A stretch of 64,000 bases of DNA from assembly GCF_009914755.1 (NCBI RefSeq), contig NC_060941.1; one strand, 5' to 3'. This DNA is from the human T2T-CHM13v2.0 reference genome, Homo sapiens. Positions 26,664 through 38,993 of this stretch are shown here, one piece after another. How positions within the stretch are numbered: the stretch's first letter is position 1; each line of letters begins with the position of its first letter. Under the pieces are notes generated by a model. It saw only the letters and a list, made by a program, of their open reading frames with translations, was not told where the DNA came from and made no database searches. The position numbers and the translations under genes were made by a program.

Positions 26664-26749
26664 TCTTGGATGCTGGACTTTGCTACAATCACCAAGATCC
26701 TCTTGGATCCTGGACTTTGCTCCAATCACCAAGATCCTCTTGGATCCTG
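26664..26749. repeat. 37-bp tandem repeat, ~2.3 copies
   Basis: tcttggatgctggactttgctacaatcaccaagatcc / tcttggatcctggactttgctccaatcaccaagatcc / tcttggatcctg. Confidence 0.95.
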
Positions 26750-27269
26750 ATTCTATCATCGGGCTTATTCACCATCCCTCTGGTTCCTAAGCAGGCTTTG
26801 GTGGCTGGGCTCCAGAGCATTGCTGGGAACACTAGTGTTGTTGGGGACAGGGAACTCTTGTTTGCCCTGAGTCTTCAAGGCTGATCCCTTTGTGGGCTGC
26901 CACCAAGCCCTCAATTCATGCTGCACACAATCGCCCAGCTGCACAGAGAACATCACTGGGGGCCCCAGCTTCATGGGCCATGCTCCCACATGGCCCAAAG
27001 TGATCCAGTGGTGCTGAGGCTCCCCCAGCCAGCATTCCTTGACCCCCCACCCAAGCCCCACAATTCCTTGACTTTAAGAGCTTAGGTTAAACTGGCCCAT
27101 GAGGGCTCCACATAGCAAAGAGGGGGCCTGCACACCAGCTCCAGGTGCAATTAAGCAAGATCCTTCCCCTCCGATCCCCAGAGGCCTTGGTGGGAATGGT
27201 CCAGGGGAGGAGGGAAGGGTAATGGCTGGACAGATCCATTTCCCAGTGCTGATCTATAACAGCTCTCTA

Positions 27270-27395
27270 AGCCAGGCAGAATGGCTCACACCTGTAGTCC
27301 CAAGTACTCAGGAGGCTGAGGTAAGAGGATGGTTTGAGCTCAGGAGGTTGAGTCTGCAGTGAGCTCAGACCCCTTCTCTAAAAATAAAACAAAAC
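27270..27395 (+). mobile_element. Alu monomer (FRAM-like or internally deleted Alu)
   Basis: gccaggcagaatggctcacacctgtagtccc...gcagtgagc...A-rich tail; cagctctct flanks both sides. Confidence 0.8.
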
Positions 27396-27634
27396 CCAGC
27401 TCTCTGTGCAAGGCCAAAGATCGCCCAGAGATATGGTAGTTGTGGCTTCCCAAACTCTGCCTGCATCAAGTCGAGAGAGGAGGAAGGAGCCCAAGACTCC
27501 ACCAGCCTTTCCCTGAGTCCTGTGTCCAGCAGAGGCCAGGGCCAAGCTGGAAGTGGGAGATGAACAAGTCATGAATAGAATTCATCCTGGATTGACTCTG
27601 GGAAAAACAAATCGCCTGACAATGGACATTTTAT

Positions 27635-27790
27635 TTAGTGACCTGTATAGTGACTAAGACTGTGAATTTTGTGTTTGAATGCAGTTCTGCCACTTACCTG
27701 CTGGGTGATCCTGAGAAAGTTACCTAACCTTCCCAAGCCTTTATTTTCTGATGTGTAAAATGGGAACACTACTGCCTCCTTACAGGGGCA
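27635..27790 (+). mobile_element. MIR SINE
   Basis: tctgccacttacctgctgggtgatcctgagaaagttacctaacct...tgtaaaatggg. Confidence 0.8.
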
Positions 27791-27871
27791 TCTGGCCATT
27801 GACTGAGTGCCCACTGTATCTAGGGAGTCACAGGAGGACTGCTTCATTTCAGCCCCATCGAGCAGGTGCTA

Positions 27872-28156
27872 TAGGTCCACATCCATCTTCAGAAACTCTT
27901 GCAACCAGATTTTTGGAAGGTAATTCGGTGGATATTCTGTTTATTTCATAATGCCTCCAGGGGTGTGCCCTGTAATCAAATGCATGAATGTATCTGCAGT
28001 GAAATATGTGACTGCACACAAAGCAAAACAAATAAGCCCTATATGTTTACAGCCTCATGTCCTTTAAAGTCAAGTTTTGTCAGCAAATGAGTTTTGAAAA
28101 AGTTTGGTTTTGGGGGATTGTTGTTTTCCAAATTGTGGGTAAGAGATGTGGACCTG
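27872..28156. mobile_element. Non-autonomous TcMar-Tigger element
   Basis: Terminal inverted repeats (t)aggtccacatc at 27872 and gatgtggacctg ending 28156; TA on the left flank. Confidence 0.7.
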
Positions 28157-29049
28157 AGTTACTGTCCCCACTTTATGGACGAGGCAATGGAAGCCAAGAG
28201 GGCTTAGGCAAAGTGCTCAAGAACCCCCAGCGAGTCTGAACAGGGCAGACTTGGAGCTGAAGTCTGTCTGACTGTCTGCCCGCCTCCAAGACCTGAGCCC
28301 TTCCTGGGCACTCAATATAAGATTTTGCCTCTTGCCTGCTACCCAGTGCTTTTACGTCCAGTCTCTACTTTGATCCTTGTAACCCCTGAGGGGCAAAGAG
28401 GGAAGGTTTGATTTCTATGAATGAGGCATTAAGTCCTAGATTGGAGAGTGACTTTCTCAGGAACACAGGATTTGCCCTTGTTTCTTCTCCCTCCCTTCCT
28501 AGCTGGCTTCTCTTTCCAACCCAGACCTTTTCCCTGGACAGCCCCTCATCTTCCAGACCTCAGTAAGGCCGGGATCAAAATCAAAGATCCACTGCAGCTT
28601 GAGCCAAGAGGCCGAACCTTTGTACTTGTGGGGGTATGTGCATGCTTATTGTGAGCCAAAGGCAGGCGTGGAGGGGGCAGGATTAGGGCAGAGTGCCCTG
28701 CAATGGCCAAGGGACTGTGGGTCAGGGGCGTAGCTTCATGGTACTCTGGCGAAAACTCTCCACCCCAACACCCCACCACTAGCTGCCCTGGCCTTAGCAG
28801 GGGAAACATTGTCCATTGCCAAGGTCACAGACCTGAGACTTCCTCCCACTGTGCCTCCCCTTCTCTCTCTCCCCTTGACCAGGTCTTCCCTGCTGAGCCC
28901 AGTCCATGGTCATCTATCCCTCTAAACCCCGAGTCTCGAGTCCAGGATACTGAGGACCTGTGCATGGTCCTCTCCCAAAGTCCACCCTCTGTTCTGAAGA
29001 AGTCCTGGGCCAGGGCTTCCACTCAGAAGTCAAGCAGCTTCCAAACATT

Positions 29050-29165
29050 ATTGGTATCAGTCTTCCATCGCTGCTGTAACACATTCACAAACATGGCAGC
29101 TTAAATGATATACATTTATTATTTTATAGCTCTGGGGATCAGAGTCCAAATGTCTCTCACGGACA
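29050..29165 (-). mobile_element. MLT1 (MaLR) LTR fragment
   Basis: gtatcagt...gctgctgtaaca...gcagcttaaa...acatttattat...tagctctggg.atcagagtccaaa. Confidence 0.65.
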
Positions 29166-29169
29166 TCAC

Positions 29170-29590
29170 ATCCTAGCAAGAGGAAGATGGGGAAAAAAAA
29201 CAAATCAACATATAAAATATCCAGTGTGGGGGATAACTGTCATGGAGAAAAATAATCAGGGAAAGGGTATAAGGACCAAAGGACAGGGCATGTTGCTGTT
29301 TTAGGAAAAGGGGTCATGAAAGGCCTCTCTGAAGTGGTGGCATTAGAGAAAAAGGGAGGAAGTGAATCAAGGCCTGTGAATTTCTAAGGGAAGGATGTTC
29401 CAGGCAAGCGGGCCAGTCAGAGCAAAGGCCTGAGGCAAGAGTGTGCCTGGAGTGTTTGAGAAGCAGAAGGGTGATCAGAGTGGTGGGAGGAAGCAGGTTA
29501 TGGATGAAGATTTTGAAGGTGATGGGAGCCTCATTAAGTAGGGCCTTGTGAGCCGTAGGGATGGAGGACTTTGGGTTTGGTGCTGGATGG
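29170..29590 (-). mobile_element. L2 LINE fragment
   Basis: gaaaggcctctctga...gttccaggcaag...gcaaaggcctgaggc...gggccttgtg.gcc. Confidence 0.7.
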
Positions 29591-30654
29591 AATGGTCAAG
29601 CTGAAAATAAACTTCTTGGGAATTGATGTTGTATAAAAACACCTGGTACAAGACCTGACACATAACAGTGGTTTAAAACACTTCCATCCCTAATCCTCCA
29701 GGGCAGGAGTTTTGTGTCCTCAGTCTGTCTAGGATTCCCCACGGGCTAAGCTGTGTCTCTCCCGTCAGACTAGCGGATTCCCCCTTCCAACTTCTCCCAG
29801 CCTGCAGGGGTCTCTTCCTCACACTCAGAAGCTATAGCCCAGAGCCCAGCCCTCTCCAGACAGCCCCCCGCCGCTGCCCCTGTTTGTGTTTGCTTAGCAT
29901 TTCCTCGCAGGCCCCGCAGTTCTGTTAGTTTTCATTGCTCCTTTATTAATTGCCTTTTCTGTCCTTGGGATTATTTGATTTCCACTTAATTGCTTGAGGA
30001 CAGTGAGGTTTATTTTTGTTCTCTTCTTTCCCAGAAATGGGGAGGGTGCTGGGGAGTGGGCCAGGCTGGCCGCTCAGGGCTGTCTAGTTTCCCACCTGGG
30101 CCCTTGGATCTCCTTCCCACCTGTCACCCTACAGGGGATGGAGGCTGGGGCCCACAGGCTGCCACAGCTCTAAGCCCCAGGTCAGGGCTGTAGGGGTCAA
30201 GGAGGAGGAATACTCGTAGTGTTTACAGCCACGATCTGGCTGCTAAAGACCCAGTTAAACCTCTCATCTGTGGCACTGGTGCCTGGAGCTGACTGGGAAG
30301 AGGCTTGAACATACACCATCACTCACTCCCAGCAGCCTGTAAGTGGGAGCCATTAATATCCCAGTTGAGGCAACAAGAACTGCAGGGAACTTGCCTGCAG
30401 CCTCAGAGCCAGCATGGGGCAGGACAGGAAGCCAGATCCATCAGATGCAAAAGACAGACCATTCCCTTTTCTGTGCATGAGCTCTACCCTCTGGGGACTC
30501 TCAGAGCATGGCAGTGATGGACAAGTAAGCCGACAGTGATCAGTGAACATGGAAGGCAGAAAATTACCCGCCCATACAACCAGGGAAAAAAGCCACAAAA
30601 CCCTACAGTGTGACCCATTTTTCGGTAAACGAACACTGTCTATTCACATATATG

Positions 30655-31200
30655 GAAAGATTCATTCTTTCAACAAATATTTACTGAGAGCTTTCTGTGC
30701 CTGTTTCTCATCTAGTTACTAGGGATAATGCAGTCATAGAAAAGAGAAGGTCCTGTCCTCATGGGCCTTGCATTCCAGAGGGAGAGATGATCACACATGA
30801 GAAAATCAGCAAGTGACAATTTTAAATAATACTACGTGCTATGAAAAATATAGGGCGCAATATTAAATGGTGTGGCTAGGGAAGACCTCTCCAAAAAAGT
30901 GGCATCTTGTGGAAACCTGAGTGATGAGGAGCTAGTCAGAATCAGGGCAAGACTGTGCCAGGCAAAGAGGATGACCTGTGCAAAGGCCCTGAGCTTGCAG
31001 TGTTTGAAGACCGTCAGACAGAAGCCTGGGAAGTGAGTGGGAAGGAAGACGTCAGAGAGGAAAGCATGGCCAGATCACACAAGGCTTTGTCAGCTATGGA
31101 ATGGAGTTTGGATGTTATGTTAAGTATAAGGGGATGTTATGGGAGGATTTTAAACTTTATGTAGAAAAAAAAGGTCTGGAAGGATACCTGCTATACTCTA
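30655..31200 (-). mobile_element. L2 LINE 3' fragment
   Basis: ttcattctttcaacaaatatttactgag...gtcctcatgg...gggaagacctctcc...tgcaaaggccctgag. Confidence 0.8.
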
Positions 31201-31829
31201 ATTGGTGGTAATCCCCTAAGAGAGTGTTGCAGGGTGAAAGAAGACAGGATGAGGGATTGGGGACAGCAAGACTGACATCAAGGTACAAGAGTGGGAGGCA
31301 GACTTGGGGCCACTCACAGGCATAGAGGGGCCCAGCACTGGGAAGGCAGAAGGCTTCAGCCAGATGCCTGGGGTGGGGCCAGGGGAAGAGATATTTAGAC
31401 CCCAATGGAAGAGGCCACTGGGCAGGGAGATGAGTTTCTGGAAGCTTTGTCTGGTTCCAGGGGACCCTGAGAAGGCTGGGTCAGTCTGCCAGGTCAGGGA
31501 AGGCCCTGAAAACCTTGACAAGGAACTGGGTTCCCAGGACATGAGCAGAGGGGGCAGCTCTGAAGATTGCATGTTCATGGTGGGGGAAGGGGAAGTTAGG
31601 TAAGAGGCTATAGCCTCTGGAGTCCAGGACCCGGGTCACTTGGGGTCACTTATACATTCATTTATTTATTCAGTGAGCATGCATTAAATACCCACAAAGC
31701 ACCAGACATGCCATCATTACTGGAAATAGAAGAGTGCCCATGATACACTTGGATCCTACCCTCTCGGACGTGAGAGCAATGCAGACTTGACCAGACCCAC
31801 CTTCTTGTGGGAAGAAGTGAACTCCCTGA

Positions 31830-32060
31830 GTCTGCACAATGTGCCAGACATGCAATAGGTCTCTCGTATTCATCACACTGTTTAATCCTCATGACAAATC
31901 AAGGAGGAAGTATCATTGTTCATGGTTTTTAGATGAGGGCCCTAGGCCTTGGAGAGGTTGAGGGATTTGCTGAAAGTCATGCAGCTATAAATGTGAGACA
32001 GAATTTGAACCCAGATCTATCAGAATTAAAATCCTGGGCTCTTTAGATGCCACCATGCTG
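31830..32060 (-). mobile_element. MIR SINE
   Basis: tttaatcctcatgacaa...ttagatgagg...gaatttgaacccagatct. Confidence 0.75.
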
Positions 32061-32549
32061 GGAGCTCAAGGAGGATCTTGTTTTCATGAGCTGGGTAGGG
32101 ATGAACTTGTGGATGGCTGGTGATATTGGGCGTGTGTGGTGGGGGTGTAGGGTAGTGGAAGGTTACTTAAGACTGACAATCCTGGAGGAGGGGTTGTCAT
32201 AGGGACTCTGGCAGAAACTGCCTCCTTCATCCATGGAGACCTAGGCCCACACTTGCATGGAGCACTGAGAAGACTCTGAACTGTCACCCAGCCCTTGGGC
32301 TCTCTGGCTGGGGACACTTGGAGCCTAAACTTCAGGGTTAGACCCCTTCCTTTCCACTACATTTGGGCTTCCAGATCTGCTCAAAAACGTCAACGACTCA
32401 CTCCTCCCCACCCATCACTGCCTACAAATGTACGTGTGATCTCAAAGCCTGGCATTCAAAGCCTGGCCCAATCTGGCTCCAAACTCCTCAAGTTCATTTC
32501 TAAACACCTGACACCTCCCCAGCACACATGCTCCATCCTGTAGCAAGCC

Positions 32550-32925
32550 AGGGGTCTTAGCCCAGGGATTTTTGGTGGCCAGGAACAGAAACCCACTCAT
32601 GCTAACATAAGGACCCAACAGGACAACTCGTATCAGGTCCCACAGGCTTTCCCCAGCCCTACTTCCTTCTCCTGCTCTTTGCTGCACACCGGCTTTCCCT
32701 GCTCACAGCCCCAGCACTGGGGTGGCAGGTGGCTCTGCTTTGTCTGGCACCAATTCCCACTCCCACACTGTGTCTCCTGTCACCTCACCTGCTCCCTGCC
32801 ATCAGGATTCAGATTCTCAATTATGAGAAGCAGGGCTGTGATTGGCTCAGCATAGGTTAGGGGTTCACCCTGGTCCAATCAGCTGTGCCTTCAAGGAATG
32901 GAGTTCCTTGTACATGACTGCCCTT
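32550..32925 (-). mobile_element. Old MLT1 (K/L-type) MaLR LTR within L2 sequence
   Basis: gggattttggtggccaggaacagaaacccact...gattggctcagc...ccctggtccaatcagctgtg. Confidence 0.55.
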
Positions 32926-34384
32926 TCTAAGTGCCCTGGGTCTCTAAGAATGGACAGTGGGCCTAGAAGCCATGGTTGACATTTTACCTTTTCCTGTTCT
33001 ACAAGCCGACCCCTACTTGCCAGCCCCTGAGCTTTGACTTTTGCTGCCCTTCTACCTGGAACACTCTGCCCACATTTGATTTCTCCAGTCCTCCAACTGG
33101 GTAACAATTCCCACCTCCCAAATGCCTTTAGATGCCCCTTCCCCACCTCTTGCCCCATCCAATGATGCTCTCCAGGCCTCCTCAGGCTCTTCCTCCGGCA
33201 CTCCCCAGTTTGGTCCTGCCCAGCCCCAGTTTGCACTGGCACAACATACTTCCCCTAGTCTGTATCCCCACCCCTACCCCAGTACCCAGCATGGATGCTC
33301 AAACACATTGATGAGAAAAAGGCAAGTGCAAATTCTGAAGACCCCACTGGTGATGCCAGGCTTTCCAAAGCAAGGCTGACTCCTTCTCTAGATTTGGAAA
33401 ATTTCTCCTCCCTCTTCTGACTACTCCCCAACCTAGTCTCTAGGACAACCCCCACTCTCAGACCGGGTTTTTTGGCTAGATTCCCCCAGCTGCCCCACCA
33501 TCCTCCCTGGTGTCCCACTCGGGGGCCCATCTCCTCCCCCTCCCCTTCCTGATGCCTACTCTGAACCTCCAGGTTGGGCAGGGAGAGTTATTCCTCCACC
33601 CCCACACACGCACCTGCAAAACCTTTTAAATCAAAGATTACATCAAAATGCTCCAATGCTGAAGATACTAATCACGCCCTCCCTCGCTCGCTTTGCTGGA
33701 AGAGCAGGATCTCACTTGGACTTTCCAGTCTCAGCTCCATTAATATTTTCCCTCTCTCTTCCTGTTTAAACACAGGGTAATTTAAAACCTCTTTTCACAG
33801 ATGAGAAGCTTTTGACTTTGGCACCAGAACCTGGGTTTGATTTAGGTTTTGTTTTTTTTGTTTTTTTTTTTTTTTTGATCCTCAGAATAGATTTTTTTCC
33901 CAGCCAGAGGGACCCCCCCGATCCTCTGGGCCAAACTGGAGCTTTTACAGAAATGATTGCTGAGACACAGGGAGGAGAAGTGGCCTTCCCCAGGTCCCCA
34001 GGGTGAGCAGGGTGAGATCCCAGATTTCCTGACTCCCTTGTTTGCACCCTCCTCACTCTGCTGCACATGGTCATATTTTAATACTTGCAGAAACTATGCA
34101 CTGAAAGAGAAAAAGAGGAACGGATTGGATCAACAAATGTCACCTTAGAGAGGACCAAAGCCAAACTGATTCCAACACAGACTGGCATAACTATGAGGAC
34201 AGTCCCTGTGTTACTGCAAAGCTTGGGGCTGGGCCCAGAGTGCAGTGCTGGAACCACAGCTGCCTCCAGAGATCCCTGGCCCCAGAGCAGGGGCTTGGAC
34301 ATGAGAAATAGAGGCTCTGGGGCCTCTGGTCCCCTGATGCCCAGGGAGGCAGGGATCCCAGGATCTACCCAGCATTGTGGCTGC

Positions 34385-34635
34385 TCCCATCATAGAAGCC
34401 CAGGTTCACTGAGGGCTGGTGACATGCCAGGACCTTTGCATGCATCATCACATCCAGTCTTCCCAACAATCCCATGAGGTAGGCATCAGTGCCACTAGGC
34501 CCACTGTATGAGTGAGGAAACTGAGGCTCAGAAGAATTCAGCAACTTGTTCAAGATCACACAGCAGGTATAGGGTAGATCGAGGATCAGAAGCCATCAGG
34601 CACAAGAGCCCGAGCTCTTCCCATTACTGCCCTTA
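34385..34635 (-). mobile_element. MIR SINE
   Basis: aacaatcccatgaggtagg...tgaggaaactgaggctcaga...cttgttcaagatcacacagc. Confidence 0.8.
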
Positions 34636-35109
34636 GATTAGATTTTTTTAAAAATTCTGCAGTTTAGAAAGCAACCAGGTGGGGAAACATGAGAAAGACT
34701 GAGGGAATGTTATCTACATGGCTGGGGGTGTGAGGATGCTGTCAGGAGTGCCAGAGGCCAGCAAGTCAGCAGACAGCTGATCTCATTGCCAGCCTGGCTA
34801 GGCCCATTGGCAACACTAGCAGCTCAGATGCTCAACTGGGATCAGACCTGTCTTCACTTCCCTCTGAGGCTGACTCTACCCAAGTGGACAAGCCAGCCAT
34901 TCCAAGGCCAAGACAGCAGTAAGACCCCAGGACAGAGGATGTGCCCTGGCCCATGGGTGGCATCGGAATAGTGCTGGACGAAAGCTGAATGTGCAGGGCC
35001 ATGGAGGCCACCTGCACCAATTCCTGACATAGCTAAGAATGAAGGAAGGAAGGAGAGGGAGACCAGAGAGGAAGAGGAGGAGGCAGCAGCTCTTGCAAGT
35101 AGGAAAATG

Positions 35110-35672
35110 AAGCTTATCTCTCCTTTGAGCTTGAGTCTTAGAGGATTTCCTGTGGGATTGGTGCTCACCCAGAGTAAAAACAACATTCTTGCCATGACTG
35201 TCAGGGCCCTTGGTGACCTGGGCTTTCTGATCTCGCTGACCTCACCTCCTACTTCTGTCCTCAGTGCAGACTCCTCTCCAGCCACATCAGCTGCTTTGCT
35301 GTTCCTCAAAGGCCACAGGCACCATCCTGCCTCCTAGCCTTTGCAATTGCAGTTCCCTCTGCCTTCACATCCTCCCATATCATATGCTTGGCTTACTTTC
35401 TTTGGGCCTTTACTCAGATATCACCTTCTCAGAGAGACCAGAGAGACTGCCCCAGCAACACTATCTAGAATTGCAAATCAGCCCTACCATTGCCTAAGTC
35501 CCATGGTCTCGCATTTCCTCCTCCATACCTCTGGCCATCGAATCTATTTTGTATATATTTGCTTTTCTCTCCACATAAGCTCCATGAGAGTAAAGATTTT
35601 GTCTATTTTTTTCCCTGCTCACTCCTCAGAGTTTCCAACAGTGCCTAATGCAGAAGCACATCATTGAATGAG
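35110..35672 (+). mobile_element. L2 LINE 3' fragment
   Basis: ctccagccaca...tgctgttcctcaaa...tactcagatatcaccttctcagagag...taagctccatgagagt...acagtgcct. Confidence 0.8.
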
Positions 35673-36297
35673 GTTGGTCTTCAGTTTAGCTAGCACCACC
35701 TTGACCACAGTCAAGTAGGTGTTTGAAAACGGCAAGGAGATGTTACACCCAGGTACCTGTAAACCACCCAGCTGTGATAGAGTGTGTGAGAGAGGGCAGT
35801 GGAAACCAGGATTCAAAGCCAGGCCAGAGAGGAAATTTCCACTGAGTAGTTCCAACTATTATGGCAATTATAGCTGCACATTTCTCTCCATTGCAGCATA
35901 TGCTTCTATTCAATCAGGAGGGTCTATGCTAACACTGGAGGTTGTATATGAGTGTGAGTGTGTGAGTGTTGAAAGAAAAAATTAGTAAAAGATACTCAGA
36001 GCCAACAGATAGCCACAGACAGACAGAAAATGAGATGAGAGTGGGTGAAAGGGAGAGCTAGAGCTCCCTAGAATATCTTGCAGGGTTGTTTGAGCATGGT
36101 ACCTCATGCTGTTGAAATTCTTGTTGCACTGTTACATTGTGTGTAGTTATGGGTGTGCTTGTCTCTATTTCTCATCTGCTGCAGCTCTTTGAGGGTGGAG
36201 ACACTGTGGCATTCACTTGGACCTCCTGTACCTAACTAGGCGTCTGGTATATATACAATAGGTGCTTGGTACAGTTTTGAGAAATTGACTTGGCTTT

Positions 36298-36990
36298 TTG
36301 GTTTCTTTGTTCGTTTGTTTGTTTATACTTTAAGTTCTGGGATACATGTGCAGAACACACAGGTCTGCCACATAGGTATACACATGCCATGGTGGTTTGC
36401 TGCACCCACGAACCCGTCATCTACATTAGGCATTTCTCCTAATGCTACCCCTCCCCTAGCCCCTCACCCCCTCTACAGGCCCCAGTGTGTGATGTTCCCC
36501 TCCCTGTGTCCATGTGTTTTCATTGTTCAACTCCCACTTATGAGTGAGAACATGCGGTGTTTGGTTTTCTGTTCCTGTGTTAGTTTGCTGAGAATGATGG
36601 TTTCCAGCTTCATCCATGTCCCTGCAAAGGACATGAACTCATCCTTTTTTATGGCTGCATAGTATTCCATGGTGTATACGCGCCACATTTTCTTTAACCA
36701 GTCTATCATTGATGGGCATTTGGGTTGGTTCCAGGTCTTATTAAAAAGTCAGGAAACAACAGATGCTAGAGAGGATGTGGAGAAATAGGAATGCTTTTAC
36801 ACTGTTGTTGGTGGGAATGTAAATTAGTTCAACCATTGTGGAAGACAGTGTGGCAATTCCTCAAGGATCTAGAACCAGAAATACCATTTGACCCAGCAAT
36901 CTCATTACTGAGCATATATCCAAAGGATTATAAATCATTCCACTATAAATCACATGCACACATATGTTTATTGCAGCACTATTCAAAATA
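36298..36990 (-). mobile_element. L1PA7-like element with 5' inversion (twin priming)
   Basis: Antisense 3' UTR/ORF2 end at 36298-36738, then sense ORF2 segment at 36739-36990; ~19-bp TSD gagaaattgacttgg(c/t)ttt at 36279 and 36991. Confidence 0.93.
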
Positions 36991-37489
36991 GAGAAATTGA
37001 CTTGGTTTTAATAGCACTTAATTAGCTGGGCCAAGGGAAGGGGTGTGTTTGGGACCTCCCTCAAGGGCCATTGGTGGGCTTGTCCAGGCTATACCCTTTA
37101 CAAGACATGTGTCAATGAAAACACCCCTTGCCTTCTTTAGACCTCATTTTTGTCACCATGAAATACATGCTTATACTGTATCATCTCTTAGAGGGTATCC
37201 AACTTTAATATTCTGTGGATTTATGGGGATTTTATTCCAAATTGCATGAGCCCCTTCCTGAATTGAGGTAGCTACTCCCCTTACCTAGAGGGAAACTGAG
37301 GTGCTACCAGAAGAGATATAGTGTATCCAGCCTCATTGCCTTGCCCCAGGGGTCAGCCCCTTCTTTTTCCTGTCTACCCTTTGCTTTATGTGTGGTTCCA
37401 GTCTACCCTTTGCTTTGTGTGTGGTCATTGTCCATTCTGCATAGCTTCACTCAGACTCAAGAGTGGCCTTGGCCTTCTCCGTCTGTCTC

Positions 37490-38003
37490 ACCCCTCTTCA
37501 ATCCCATCATCATGTCACTGCCAGAGAAACCACATTGGAGCTCAGCTCTGATGATTTTACCCCTCCTGCAAGTCCCTCCATGGCTCCCTATTGCCTACAG
37601 AATTAGGCTCAGTCTCTCATCCGGCATTTGAGGCCCTCCACAATGTGACAGCACCCTTCCTTGCTTTCCCACTCTCAGCTCCCTTTCTCATCTCCTCTTC
37701 CTCAGACCAGGTTCTTTTCCACCCCCATACCTTTGCTCATGCTAGTGCCTCTCCTAGAACACCCTCCCAGCCCCAGTATTCACTCTATTCATCCTCCATT
37801 GACCCAGTCAAAGACCATTTCCCTCTCTCTCCATGAAATTTCCCATAATTCTCCAAACAATTGGAACATTTGACCCAGCCCAGCCCCAGTGCTCTTTCTC
37901 TGTGTTTGTTGTGAACATCCTGGAGGGGTATGTCAGGGGTTATCTCTGACTGATATTTGTACCCTCCATGCACCAGCAAGTGACCTGCACACAGTAGGTG
38001 CTT
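37490..38003 (+). mobile_element. L2 LINE fragments
   Basis: ccctccatggctccctattgcctacagaat...ggcatttgaggccctccacaat...acctttgctcatgct...cacacagtaggtgct. Confidence 0.7.
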
Positions 38004-38022
38004 TATATCCCTGGTAGAATGA

Positions 38023-38172
38023 AGCCAGGCATGATGGCTCACACCTGTAATCCCAGCAATTTGGGAGGCTGAGACAGGAGGATTGCTTGAGGTCAGGAAT
38101 TTGAGACCAGCTTGAGTAACATAGCGAGACCCCAATCTCTACAAATAAAATTTAAAAATAAAAAATAAAAAT
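38023..38172 (+). mobile_element. Free left Alu monomer (FLAM_C-like)
   Basis: Single Alu arm plus A-tail; 17-bp TSD atatcc(c/t)tggtagaatg at 38005-38021 and 38173-38189. Confidence 0.9.
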
Positions 38173-38293
38173 ATATCCTTGGTAGAATGGGATGTCAAGG
38201 ACTCCAGTCCAGGGTAGAAATAACCACCAACACTGGAGCACATGCACTCTCCAGGCACTGTTTTAGCTTTGTGGTATAACGAAAAATACAGTA

Positions 38294-38418
38294 CAGATGC
38301 TCCTTGACTTACGATGAGCTTACTGGACAAAACTGCATGGTAGACCAAGGAATGTACTGAATGAGTATTGCTTTTGCACTATCATAAAGTCAAAAATTGT
38401 GACATCAAACCCCATCTG
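38294..38418. mobile_element. MER47-like (Tigger) MITE, internally deleted
   Basis: TA-cagatgctccttgacttacgatg ... catctg-TA. Confidence 0.7.
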
Positions 38419-38993
38419 TATATTTGGTCTTTGTCCCTGGTGCCTGGTGCAGAGCCCCTAAAGCCTTTGGAATTTCCTGAGTGATACGAACATCTTTGAT
38501 TATCCATAAAGAGCCCCTTTCAACCATACCTGAATTTATAGTAATGAGGTGATATTTGGGCCCCTAAATAGCTTCAGGACAGGAGCTGGTAGCCAGAGGA
38601 ACCAGCCATGTGACCAGAGGGATTCGGAAATTTCAACCCCTTTCTCCAGCCTGCTGGGAGGGGAGAAGGGCTGATAATTGAGTTAATCAACAAAGGTCAC
38701 AATCATGCCTATGTAATGAAACCTCCATAGAAATTTCTAAATGATGCAGTTCAAAGAGCTTCCAAATTGGCAAACATGTCTGCATGGCAGGAGGATGGTG
38801 CATCCCAACTCTATGGGGACAGAGGCTCCTGCGCTTGGGACCCTTCAGCACCTTACCCTATGAACCTCTTCATCTGGCTGTTCATTTGTATCCTTTGTAA
38901 TAAACTGTAATAGTAAGTATAACATTTTTTTTTAGTTCTGTGAATTACTGTGGCAAATTATTGAACCCTTGGTAGAGGGATTGTGGGAACTCC

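Noticed and set aside
26664-26749. Possible CRISPR-like repeat (37 bp, partly palindromic)
   Set aside because: Units are directly adjacent with no unique spacers, no cas genes are present, and the DNA is human.
36285-36991. L1 ORF2-like peptides (also 52920-53108)
   Set aside because: Fragments of truncated, dead L1 copies; no intact ORF1/ORF2.
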